Below, piece by piece: positions 48,118 to 57,015 of a stretch of 64,000 nt of DNA (positions within the stretch are counted from its first letter, which is position 1; every line of letters begins with the position of its first letter). The translations under genes were made by a program, and so were the position numbers. The stretch is from the NCBI GenBank assembly GCA_964236955.1, contig CAXSGP010000007.1, positions 19,313 through 83,312 of the forward strand, given 5' to 3'. The notes beneath the pieces are model-generated. The model was not told the origin of the DNA, did not search any database, and saw only the letters and a list, made by a program, of their open reading frames with translations. The stretch comes from an uncultured Oligoflexus sp. Its GTDB lineage: Bacteria; Bdellovibrionota_B; Oligoflexia; Oligoflexales; Oligoflexaceae.

Positions 48118-49569
48118 ATGCAAATTAAATTTTTGGATTCAAGCAAAGACCTTTTCCCCCGTAAGGGCGTAGTGTGTGTCATTGGGACTTGGAAATCTTT
48201 TCAGAAAGGTTTTCAGAAATCACTCATCCCTTCCGCTTATCTGCAAGTATTCAAAGAGGCCTTGAAAAAACCAGCCCCCATTAAATCGCCAGTCAGTTAC
48301 AGCAGTATAACCGGAGTGTCCGATCCCCATAAAATCATTGTCACAGTGCTTCCCGATCGGGTGTCGAAAGACAATAGCCCGACCCGTCGGGAATGGATTT
48401 ATCAGCAGATGGATGCTTTGGAGACAGAGGATAGAAGTCTGGTCATTCTTGCTGTTGAGGATGCTGTTCATCTCGGTGGTGCTATCACCGGCATCGTCAG
48501 GCGCTTGCGCGAAGTGAATTTTAAGCGAAATGCAAAACCCAAACACATCGACATCCTTGCCGTGGATTCTGCGGGAAAGATTCTGGAAATATCCAATACA
48601 TTGAAAATGCTTGCGCAGGAAACCGCGTGGGCATGCCGAGTGGTCGACCTTCCGCCGAACCACTTAAATCCCCAAAGCTTTGCCAAAGAGATCATCGGCA
48701 AGTTCAAGGGCTTAGCGAGCGTTACCTGCACAGAAATCATCGGTAAACAGCTGGTCAAAGAAGGCCTAAATGGAATTTACAACGTAGGCAAAGCTGCCGA
48801 AGAAGAGCCGCGTCTGCTCATACTTGACTATAAGCCGCGCGGCTCAAGCAAGACTGTAGTCTTGGTCGGCAAAGGAGTCTGCTACGACTCAGGCGGCCTC
48901 AGCTTAAAAGTTGGCGGCACTATGGTTGGTATGAAAGGCGACATGGGCGGCGCCGCAGCCATCGTCGGTGCCTTCAATTGTTTGGTCCGCAATCGCTACC
49001 CGCATCGCCTGCTTGCGGCCGTCGCTCTCGTAGAAAACGCTATAGGACCGGCGGCACTTCGGAATGATGACATCATTACGATGCATTCTGGCAAAACCGT
49101 CGAAGTAAACAACACCGATGCCGAAGGACGTCTTCTTCTCGCCGATGGGCTTTCCTATTGTGCCCGAAAATATAAGGCGGATCTGCTGATAGATGCAGCT
49201 ACCCTTACCGGCGCTCAACTTGTGGCAACGGGTTTAGTTCATGCCGCAATTATTACGAACCGTAGTGAACTCGATGCTTTGGCTATGAAACTGGGAAGGG
49301 AAACCGGGGATTTGACGAATGCGCTGCCCTTCGCCCCAGAACTCTTTCAAAATGAGTTTAAGAGCCAGGTCGCGGATATGGTGAACTCGGTCAAGAACCG
49401 TTCGAACGCACAGACATCCTGCGCGGCTCAGTTCGTGTACAGTCATATCGATGATCTCGATATTCCCTGGGTACACATTGATATGGCAGGACCTTCAAGC
49501 ACAGTGACGGGTCTTGCGACAGGCTATGGGATTCAATTGATCACGCGCCTGGCCAGTGAGTTTCTCTAA
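48118..49569 (+). CDS. M17 aminopeptidase, NPEPL1-like subtype
   Basis: GKGVCYDSGG, MKGDMGGAA, NTDAEGRL; C-terminal ATLTGAQLVATG.HAA...PELFQNEFKSQVADMVNSVKNRSNAQTSCA. Confidence 0.88.
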   Translation: MQIKFLDSSKDLFPRKGVVCVIGTWKSFQKGFQKSLIPSAYLQVFKEALKKPAPIKSPVSYSSITGVSDPHKIIVTVLPDRVSKDNSPTRREWIYQQMDALETEDRSLVILAVEDAVHLGGAITGIVRRLREVNFKRNAKPKHIDILAVDSAGKILEISNTLKMLAQETAWACRVVDLPPNHLNPQSFAKEIIGKFKGLASVTCTEIIGKQLVKEGLNGIYNVGKAAEEEPRLLILDYKPRGSSKTVVLVGKGVCYDSGGLSLKVGGTMVGMKGDMGGAAAIVGAFNCLVRNRYPHRLLAAVALVENAIGPAALRNDDIITMHSGKTVEVNNTDAEGRLLLADGLSYCARKYKADLLIDAATLTGAQLVATGLVHAAIITNRSELDALAMKLGRETGDLTNALPFAPELFQNEFKSQVADMVNSVKNRSNAQTSCAAQFVYSHIDDLDIPWVHIDMAGPSSTVTGLATGYGIQLITRLASEFL

Positions 49570-49603
49570 GCTGACCTGAAGGAGGCCTGGCGACCTTTTC
49601 GCA

Positions 49604-50449
49604 TCACCTGCCAAAAATCTCCTGAAGGCGATCCAAAAGCTGCTGCCGATAAGGTGAACCGGCAACGAATGCCTCGGTGTGATTCCCAAAGGGAATTTCC
49701 CAGAACTCTTTCGGGGGCAGCGCCGCATCGTAGAGCGCCTTACCATTCTCAAAAGGCACGACGCCGTCGGCATTACCGTGCACAAAGATCTTCTTCATCT
49801 TGAGCCTTGCCACGGCATCGCCGGGCTTTCGATAATCGCTGACCCATGCCAAGGCCAACGGACTGAAGAGATAGGTGATTGGATTTGACTTTAAGCGTCC
49901 CATGGCGACTCTCGCATACGAATCAAACGATGATTCGACGATCAGAAGGTCCACGGCCTCGGCAAAAGCCGAACTTTCCGCAAGGCTTGTCGTCGCCACC
50001 GCTCCGCCCAGACTTTGAGCAAAGACGATGAAGGGCAATGGCTTTTGCCAACGGCGTTCTTTCTTCACCCAGGCGGCGACGGCTAAGCTGTCGGCAATAA
50101 GCCTAGGCTGGGTCGGCTGACCAGGACTTAAGCCATAACCACTGTAATCAAAAATCAAAACGGTATAGCCAGCCTCGCCAAGCCAGCTGGAGAATCCGGC
50201 ATGGGCCGAAAGATTCTGAGCATTGCCATGAAAATGAAGAATCAAGCCTTTGCTTTGAGGGCTGTCGTTCATCAGCCAGGCGCTGAGTGCGGGCAGTCCC
50301 TCACGAGGAATTTCCAGGGCTTTGACGACAAATGGGTACTGGGAAGGCTCGCTATAGATCGACCTATCGGGATAATAAAAAAGATGATTGCAGGCCGCGG
50401 AAAGCCCACCCGCAGCCGAAATGAGGCCACCGAAGATAAGCTGTCTCAT
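49604..50449 (-). CDS. Alpha/beta hydrolase lipoprotein (YfhR-like)
   Basis: Lipobox LSAA-C, FHGNAQN, DYSGYGLSPG, nucleophile AQSLGG, HGNADGVVP, GNH. Confidence 0.85.
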   Translation of the reverse strand: MRQLIFGGLISAAGGLSAACNHLFYYPDRSIYSEPSQYPFVVKALEIPREGLPALSAWLMNDSPQSKGLILHFHGNAQNLSAHAGFSSWLGEAGYTVLIFDYSGYGLSPGQPTQPRLIADSLAVAAWVKKERRWQKPLPFIVFAQSLGGAVATTSLAESSAFAEAVDLLIVESSFDSYARVAMGRLKSNPITYLFSPLALAWVSDYRKPGDAVARLKMKKIFVHGNADGVVPFENGKALYDAALPPKEFWEIPFGNHTEAFVAGSPYRQQLLDRLQEIFGR

Positions 50450-50478
50450 CGTCCTTCTCCAATGGGAGGCCATCCTAA

Positions 50479-51051
50479 TCACGGCTGCATTTCAAGATAG
50501 AGCTTGGCCACAACTGGATCGGTGCCAGCCAAAAGAATCTTCACATCGTCAGGGCCAGGTTTTTTGCTCTGCACAAACTTTTCAAGGCACTGCACGCGGG
50601 TCACCGTAATCACCAGCGGATCTTTGGAGCAGTCGAGATAAAACGCCTGAAACTCCGGCCTATACTCCGGATGGGCCTGCTCAAGTGTCACAAGCGTACC
50701 CAGCTTCTCTGCGGATTTAAGTATCGAGTTCGGAGTAGCATGCGGATCTCCGGCAGCCTCACGCGTGACTTTATCCCTCAATCGAAAACTCTGCCGAGCC
50801 TCAACCAGAGCGCTCATCACATCCGTGTGCGAATCGCCAGCACTGTGAGGGGGAAGCTCCGCAGCTGAGGGTCGGCCAGGATCCGGTTCAACCCCAAGAT
50901 CGATAGTCGTGGGAAGGCCGGGATCGGCCGCAGGAGCGGTCTCCGTATTGAACCGCCCCTCTTTGATGCCTTGATCGAGACGATATTTGCCATAAAGCAC
51001 GGAAAAAAGAGCGATCGCCAAGAGCAGAGCTAACAAGGCAGGACGACGCAT
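50479..51051 (-). CDS. Hypothetical protein with N-terminal membrane anchor
   Basis: N-terminal hydrophobic helix, Pro-rich linker, helical domain with 2 Cys; 3 nt from the upstream gene. Confidence 0.65.
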   Translation of the reverse strand: MRRPALLALLLAIALFSVLYGKYRLDQGIKEGRFNTETAPAADPGLPTTIDLGVEPDPGRPSAAELPPHSAGDSHTDVMSALVEARQSFRLRDKVTREAAGDPHATPNSILKSAEKLGTLVTLEQAHPEYRPEFQAFYLDCSKDPLVITVTRVQCLEKFVQSKKPGPDDVKILLAGTDPVVAKLYLEMQP

Positions 51052-51054
51052 AAA

Positions 51055-52086
51055 TCACCTTAATTGAATGGCCTGAAAATCACTGATATCGATAGAATTA
51101 AAACCTGTTTCGGCATTAGGATCAAGCACCTTCAGCCCTCCCCCCTTGACGGCGATACGCGAGATACGATCGAGATATATGGAATTGAGGATTTCGCGTT
51201 CGGTAGGCGAACATTGTTTCTCGCAGAGATGGAGGAGTGATTTTAAGAGAGCGGCCCCGACGCTGTAAGCGCCATTCGAACTATTATCACAAGCGGGAAC
51301 TCCGACCAGCTCAGGGGCGACCGTGCCATCATCAGGACATATGATATGAGAAAAACCGAGGCTACCCGAAGCCTGATTCCCATCGCTATGCCTTGCTTCA
51401 TGAAATAGGACTTCCAGCCTCTGAAGGGAATTGGACAGGGCGCGTAAATTAACATGGTTCACTTGAAAATCAGGATCGAACAAGGCCGGCCCGATTCGCA
51501 TGAGACCGACCCGCGGGGATAATATGGGCACCCATTTATCATTGATGCGGATAATGAGATAAGCCAAGGACCTGCGGGTGCTTTGTTCGTCCAGGGTTGT
51601 CTGATAAATGGCGGTTCCGATATTGCCGCCACCCGTATTGAACTCATCGGTTTTTTCACGAATGCCCAGCTCCTGCAAGCCAACTTGATTTTGCGAGGCG
51701 AAAACCAGCCCTAATTGATAGCGGGCGAGGTCGCTGCGCAAAATATATTTCATGCGGGCCTTGAACCAAAGCCCGATTTCAACAGGATTGACTGTTCTAA
51801 GTTCCAACAGATCTTTGAGCTTTTGAGACTCGGCCAACGTCATCTTCCCGTCCCAGGTATCGATAAGCTTGAGATCCTGACGAAGGGTTGCAATTTGATC
51901 GGCGGCAATATCCCGGGAAAAAGTCAAATAATCGGATAAAGGACCAGATGTCAGCGGCAGACCGGTCGCCACTTCGCTGAAGGGAAGGGGTGGCTGGACA
52001 ATCTTTTCTTTTTCTGCGGTGCCTGCATCTCCGCAGGCTACGCTCAGTAGAAAAGCGCTGAACATCAAAAAGAAATGAGCTTTCAT
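51055..52086 (-). CDS. Lipoprotein with HEXXH zinc-metalloprotease motif
   Basis: GGAGG RBS; lipobox LSVA-C; LEVLFHEARHSDG at 51388-51402, followed by H and several Cys. Confidence 0.7.
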   Translation of the reverse strand: MKAHFFLMFSAFLLSVACGDAGTAEKEKIVQPPLPFSEVATGLPLTSGPLSDYLTFSRDIAADQIATLRQDLKLIDTWDGKMTLAESQKLKDLLELRTVNPVEIGLWFKARMKYILRSDLARYQLGLVFASQNQVGLQELGIREKTDEFNTGGGNIGTAIYQTTLDEQSTRRSLAYLIIRINDKWVPILSPRVGLMRIGPALFDPDFQVNHVNLRALSNSLQRLEVLFHEARHSDGNQASGSLGFSHIICPDDGTVAPELVGVPACDNSSNGAYSVGAALLKSLLHLCEKQCSPTEREILNSIYLDRISRIAVKGGGLKVLDPNAETGFNSIDISDFQAIQLR

Positions 52087-52165
52087 AAGGCCTCCGTAAG
52101 ATCCGCTTGCCCGAGCATAACAGGTGGAGACGGAGAGTCAAGACGGATATCCTTGCCAAAATAGC

Positions 52166-52930
52166 TTACCTGGCAGCTTTTGCGCGAGCCCAGACAAAAA
52201 TCTCCTGATTTCCCTCGCGGCCTCTGAGACGGCTATCCACTGCGGCTAAAAGATCCAGCCCTTCCCTTTCTATGGCTTCTTTGGCTTTGCCTAACGCGGC
52301 CTCTAGCAAAGCGGGATCATCGACCACTCCGGCTTCCGGGATCACATGGGCATCCAACTCAAACTGTGGTTTCACAAGTAAGAGAAAGTAGACATGGGCT
52401 GCCGTGACCGCCAGGCGCATGGCCTTAAGGGTTCGATCCAGCGAATTGAAACTGATATCGGCCAGAACAATGGATATTTCGCTATCCAGCGCCTGGTCCA
52501 GAGCCCGTATGTCGGTGCTTTCCATAGACACGACGCGTGAATCCGTCCTTAGTTTCCAGTCGAGTTGATTAAATCCAATATCGAGCGCATAAACTTTGCG
52601 AGCGTTCAGCTGCAGGGCACAATCGGTAAACCCGCCGGTCGAGGAGCCGCAATCCAAAACACAGGCGCCATCAAATATCGGCGCAATCTTAAGGTCTTCT
52701 ACGGCACCCCAGAGTTTGTCGCCGCCCCGACTTACAAATCGTGAGCGTTCCCGGACATGAACCACCTGGCTGTCTTTAACTAAAGTGCCTGGCTTATCCT
52801 GTCTTTGCGAATCAACTGTGACCTCCCCTGCCATAATCAAGGCAGCGGCCTCGGCCAGATCTTTGGCCCAGGCTTTTTCGACAATCTTTACGTCAAGTCT
52901 AATTCTGGTTTTTTTCACTGCAATATCCAA
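52166..52930 (-). CDS. tlyA: TlyA rRNA (cytidine-2'-O)-methyltransferase
   Basis: S4-like RLD, FVSRGGDKL, LDCGSSTGGFTD, DISFNS, LVKPQFE, GREGNQE. Confidence 0.92.
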   Translation of the reverse strand: MDIAVKKTRIRLDVKIVEKAWAKDLAEAAALIMAGEVTVDSQRQDKPGTLVKDSQVVHVRERSRFVSRGGDKLWGAVEDLKIAPIFDGACVLDCGSSTGGFTDCALQLNARKVYALDIGFNQLDWKLRTDSRVVSMESTDIRALDQALDSEISIVLADISFNSLDRTLKAMRLAVTAAHVYFLLLVKPQFELDAHVIPEAGVVDDPALLEAALGKAKEAIEREGLDLLAAVDSRLRGREGNQEIFVWARAKAAR

Positions 52931-53081
52931 AGCTCATGGGCCGCCAGGGGGCAAAAAAATTTCCAAACGATTTTCAGTAGTTTCAACACGGGATCGAAAA
53001 GCTCTTAATCTTTTTAAAGTGCTGCCGATCAGCCCTACTGTGGTGGTATGTGGAACCACTGCTGAACGCCAGGAGATACTC

Positions 53082-53807
53082 ATGGGACAGGTGACTTTTA
53101 AAATTCTTTTCATCGATGAAAAGAGAATAACATCGGAGCTTGAAAAAGCTGGATATCGCAAAATCGGTGCCCAGATTCAACAGGTTACCAATTTTTCTCA
53201 AGCCAAGGACGCTCTGAAGAAAGGTCATCTCGATGTCATCGTTATCAACTTTGATTACGCTGCTATCGATGCCGTCAGTATCTGTGAGCATTTCAAGACC
53301 CAAAAAGGGACGGCTGAGATTCCGGTGATTTTCACCAGCGTTCAATCCTTACCCCGTAAGGTTTCCCAAAGAGCGAATGGACCCGATCTTTTTATCGAGA
53401 CTCCAGTTCCCCGCGAATATTTTATCGAGCAGATCCGAAACCTTCTGGAAGAAAAAACCCGCGAGACCGGCCGGGTAACCCATCAGGGTTTTGCCACCTT
53501 CGAATATCAGGGCAATCTACTGGAATGTCCAATCCAGGATCTTTCGCGTTCGGGAATCCTCTTGGCGACTGAACTCGATATCGAACCCGGTGTTAAGCTC
53601 AACCTGAGTTTTGAACTGCCTGGTTATGTCAAAGCCATCAGGGTCGAGTGTGAAGTCATTCGCAAAATAGCCGGCGATTCCCGTCGTGATGTTATGCCCG
53701 GACTTGGCATACGTTTTGACGAATTCAACGGCGATTCCCAAAAAAGACTCGAAAAATACGTAGCGAAAACACAAATAGATGATCCAAAACTCGTCTATTA
53801 TCTCTGA
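53082..53807 (+). CDS. Pseudo-receiver plus PilZ domain protein
   Basis: AGGAG RBS before ATG 53082; REC fold with Asn at the phospho-Asp position; PilZ motifs RETGR and DLSRSG. Confidence 0.8.
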   Translation: MGQVTFKILFIDEKRITSELEKAGYRKIGAQIQQVTNFSQAKDALKKGHLDVIVINFDYAAIDAVSICEHFKTQKGTAEIPVIFTSVQSLPRKVSQRANGPDLFIETPVPREYFIEQIRNLLEEKTRETGRVTHQGFATFEYQGNLLECPIQDLSRSGILLATELDIEPGVKLNLSFELPGYVKAIRVECEVIRKIAGDSRRDVMPGLGIRFDEFNGDSQKRLEKYVAKTQIDDPKLVYYL

Positions 53808-53816
53808 GATTCACTT

Positions 53817-54920
53817 CTATATAACGGCTCCTGCATCAGCTCGGCCTACGGCCTTCGACTCATGCTTCACCACGAGCTGACCGCAGGCCGCGGCAATGTC
53901 CTGTCCCTTGCTATAGCGCACCATCACTCGAAACCCACTCTTATGCAGATAATCCCGAAAGCGATCCAAAGATTCCGGCTCGGGGCCTTTGAATTGGCTT
54001 GGGCCAACGCTGTTCAGGGGAATAATGTTGATCTTAACGGGCAGGCCCTGGAGAAGATCAACGATGCCTTGCGCGTGGGCTTCGGAATCATTCACTCCGG
54101 CAATCACCGTATACTGCACCAGGACCGATTTATCATCGCTGCGGCCTTTATAGAAAGCTTTGAGATAATCAACGACATCAGCGATCGGCCAACGCCGATT
54201 GATAGGCATCAGCTGCGAACGTTCCCTATTGTTCGTGGCATGGAGACTCAGAGCCAGCGATACTTTGGGAAAAACTTCCAGAAGGTTTTTGATGCCGTCT
54301 AAATGCCCGGCGGTCGATACCGAGATTTTGCGCAGGGCAAAGTTAGGGCCAAGCGATTCACAGAGAATGGTCAGACTGCGTTTGAGTGCCTCGATGTTGT
54401 CCAAGGGTTCTCCCATTCCCATAAAGACGATATTGCTCACCGTGACCTGGTCATCAAAGCCGCGCTCATCCCGCCAGTCCGCATGGGCCTTGACCCATGA
54501 TCGAGCCAACATGACCTGAGCCACGATCTCCCCAGCCGTCATCTGCCGCTTCAAACCCATCCGGCCCGTGTGACAGAAGCTACAGGCTTGGGCACATCCA
54601 ACCTGGCTGGAAACGCAGAGGGTTATCCGTTGCTTTTCGGGCATTAAAACCGCTTCGACGAGTTCGCCATCATGCAGACGAATCAGAAACTTAACAGTGC
54701 CATCATAGCGGGAAACGGATTCTTGAAAGAGCGCCGCCTGGTTTAAAGCAAACTCTTGCGAAAATTTATGCACAAGTTCACGGGGCAGAGTCGGCGCCGT
54801 CCAGGGCTCAGGAGAATGGTCTTTGTAAGCCGCTCTGTACATTGTTTTGGCGTGCTGGGTCGACCACTTGCTACACATGGCCTCAAGTTCAGCCATCGTC
54901 ACATCATAAAAGTCCTTCAT
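53817..54920 (-). CDS. rlmN: Dual-specificity RNA methyltransferase RlmN (radical SAM)
   Basis: CVSSQVGCAQACSFC, VFMGMGEP, SLHA, DIAAACGQL; start ATG 54920 with GGGAG. Confidence 0.93.
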   Translation of the reverse strand: MKDFYDVTMAELEAMCSKWSTQHAKTMYRAAYKDHSPEPWTAPTLPRELVHKFSQEFALNQAALFQESVSRYDGTVKFLIRLHDGELVEAVLMPEKQRITLCVSSQVGCAQACSFCHTGRMGLKRQMTAGEIVAQVMLARSWVKAHADWRDERGFDDQVTVSNIVFMGMGEPLDNIEALKRSLTILCESLGPNFALRKISVSTAGHLDGIKNLLEVFPKVSLALSLHATNNRERSQLMPINRRWPIADVVDYLKAFYKGRSDDKSVLVQYTVIAGVNDSEAHAQGIVDLLQGLPVKINIIPLNSVGPSQFKGPEPESLDRFRDYLHKSGFRVMVRYSKGQDIAAACGQLVVKHESKAVGRADAGAVI

Positions 54921-55118
54921 TGGGGCTCCCTCATCACTGCCAAAAAGCAGGCTCACATTAGAGACTAGATCTTCGACTTGCAAGGCTTAAACCCAGAGAT
55001 TTTGGGTGCCTTAGGCGCATGGCGGCAAAGTCCAGCAGTGCTGGGGACAGATACCAAAAAAGGTCTTATCCCCCCTCAATTATGGGAAATAAGACCCTGG
55101 AAGGAAGAGTCGGAGGCG

Positions 55119-55604
55119 TTAAGTACCCGGCTTACCGTGCCGACGTTCCAGTTCTTCAGCCATGATGTTCAGGGCCTTTTCAAGATCCTTCATATAAATA
55201 TCTTCTTTTCGAAGATTGACGCGGGCCACGTAGTAGCCATTGGTCATACTTTGAACAAACTTGGTGATGGCGACCAGGGGGCCTGTGTGCTTGTGGTGAG
55301 AACGGATGATAAAGATAACCATTATAACGATATAGGCGACAATGGAAAGACCTAGTCCCACCATGTTCCGACGGACAATGTCATTCATCACCAGCTCGTG
55401 CTGGAGACTGGCATCCACGACCTTAAAGATCTCCTGAATCTGGACGTACTGCTCTGAAAACATCTGCCAAGCAAAAAAGCCGACCGTAACGAGAAAGCCC
55501 AACGTGACAAAGATGAATTCAAAGCCATAACGAGAGGCCAGGAAGAAATCTCGAACCAGGGGTCCCAGTTTACGCCCATTCTCTTTTCTAGGTTCCAAAG
55601 CCAT
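55119..55604 (-). CDS. Small two-TM membrane protein with C-terminal HAMP-like segment
   Basis: Two hydrophobic helices, then HKHTGPLVAITKFV..MTNG.Y..RVNLRKED...L...LNIMAEEL. Confidence 0.7.
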   Translation of the reverse strand: MALEPRKENGRKLGPLVRDFFLASRYGFEFIFVTLGFLVTVGFFAWQMFSEQYVQIQEIFKVVDASLQHELVMNDIVRRNMVGLGLSIVAYIVIMVIFIIRSHHKHTGPLVAITKFVQSMTNGYYVARVNLRKEDIYMKDLEKALNIMAEELERRHGKPGT

Positions 55605-55772
55605 TCTGAGCTTCTCCTGACTAGGTTTGCGTCAAACGCACTCGATTTCTTTGTTCATACTATGACAGTGTGCCCTGGGCTATCCAAACTGGGCAAGAAA
55701 AATCTTGCCTTTTCCACAACTCGCATTTAGTCTGCCAGCTCTCGTCGATAACTTTTGCGTGTGGAGTCGAAA

Positions 55773-55877
55773 TTGCACGGTTCAAGACACAGAAGAAAGC
55801 ATCCCAAAGGTCGTCGTAAGGTTGGTCGCAAGAAGCGTCGTATGATGCGCCTTCGCCGATCCCTGCGTACCAAGTAA
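55773..55877 (+). CDS. 34-aa highly basic small protein, possibly ribosome-associated
   Basis: GGAG at 55763-55766, TTG start, MHGSRHRRKHPKGRRKVGRKKRRMMRLRRSLRTK, TAA, then a hairpin. Below the ORF-track cutoff. Confidence 0.65.
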   Translation: MHGSRHRRKHPKGRRKVGRKKRRMMRLRRSLRTK

Positions 55878-55905
55878 TCGCTGATTACAAACGGGACTGG
55901 TTTAT

Positions 55906-55940
55906 GCGACATCGTAGCTTTTTAGCTATTGATGTCGCTT
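55906..55940 (+). terminator. Hairpin (probable terminator) after the small basic ORF
   Basis: GCGACATCG-TAGCT-tttt-AGCTA-t-TGATGTCGC, followed by a pyrimidine-rich tract. Confidence 0.55.
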
Positions 55941-56254
55941 GATCCCCGCTTCTCCCGCTCTCCTTTCCTCTCTAAGACTCATTAGACCTCAAGACTTCTC
56001 GTTTTCGTTCTCAATCAACAAATGAACTCTTAGTTAAAATTTAAGTTCATGTGAGAGCCCCTGACTTTCTGTGGAGATAGTGCGTCTGCCGACCTTATCA
56101 CTGCGTCAATCTTTTCCATTTCCTTTGCAATTCGCTTCAGTCCTCAGTAAGCTATAGGAATAAGCAAAACATAGCCGATAGAGACACTGACGTAGAACGA
56201 TAGTCTTCGTTCGACGGTATTTCATTGTTTTCCCCCTTTGTACGAGAGGCGACA

Positions 56255-56965
56255 ATGCTGAATTTTATTCTCGAACTGGAACGCGTGCTAAAGATCTGGC
56301 CAGATGGCGTAAAGTGGAGTCTGGTCCAAATCGGAGAGCACACCAGAACGAAGGTTCCGCACGTCGTTGAGTATCTAATGGACGCTCTTACCAAAAATCC
56401 CGACGTTCACGATCCTTTAAGCTATAATGAAGTTCAAAAGGCTTACGTTGTGCTTCGTGATCGCAATCGGGTCGCACTGGAAGCGCTGCTCGATCAAGGC
56501 AAGCAAGCCGTGCAGCAGGCTGTCGAATCCTACGAGCAGGTCATGGACAAGGTTCGTGGCATGGAGTTGATCAAGAACCGTCGCGGTGCCTATAGGACTT
56601 TGAACTATACCTATGGTAACTACCTTGATCTCTTGCCTGCTGAGATAAAAACCAGCATATGCAACGACTGCCTTCGCATCGGCATCAAGGAAGGCATCAA
56701 CTTCCAGGAACTGTCCCAGTGGCTGCAACGCGGTATCCAACATGTCATGGAACATCCAGGACGCGACGCGGTGGAAGAGGCCCTTGACTTTCTCGAGGCC
56801 TATGGAGACTATTTTCTGACCGAAGCAAACGGCAAGGGCGAAAAATTCCTTACCAATCTCTTGCTAAGGCTGAAACCGGCCGCCATGGAATGGGACCTTT
56901 CGCCTAAGCTCAATGAAGTGGCCAATGATTTTAGATTGACTGAAGTGATGGATGTGTTTGTCTAA
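56255..56965 (+). CDS. All-helical hypothetical protein
   Basis: GAGG RBS before ATG 56255; clean ORF with codon usage like its neighbours. Confidence 0.7.
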   Translation: MLNFILELERVLKIWPDGVKWSLVQIGEHTRTKVPHVVEYLMDALTKNPDVHDPLSYNEVQKAYVVLRDRNRVALEALLDQGKQAVQQAVESYEQVMDKVRGMELIKNRRGAYRTLNYTYGNYLDLLPAEIKTSICNDCLRIGIKEGINFQELSQWLQRGIQHVMEHPGRDAVEEALDFLEAYGDYFLTEANGKGEKFLTNLLLRLKPAAMEWDLSPKLNEVANDFRLTEVMDVFV

Positions 56966-57015
56966 TCCCGAGGAACGGCTCTGAGTTTGGAGTTCCGCCT
57001 TCGGGACCTTTCGGA

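Noticed and set aside
52785..53081. N-terminal extensions in the ORF track, here and for ORFs starting at 4678, 7966, 9550, 22002, 25278, 34469, 54983 and 61890
   Set aside because: Downstream starts have better RBSs or domain boundaries, and several extensions overlap neighbouring genes or promoters.
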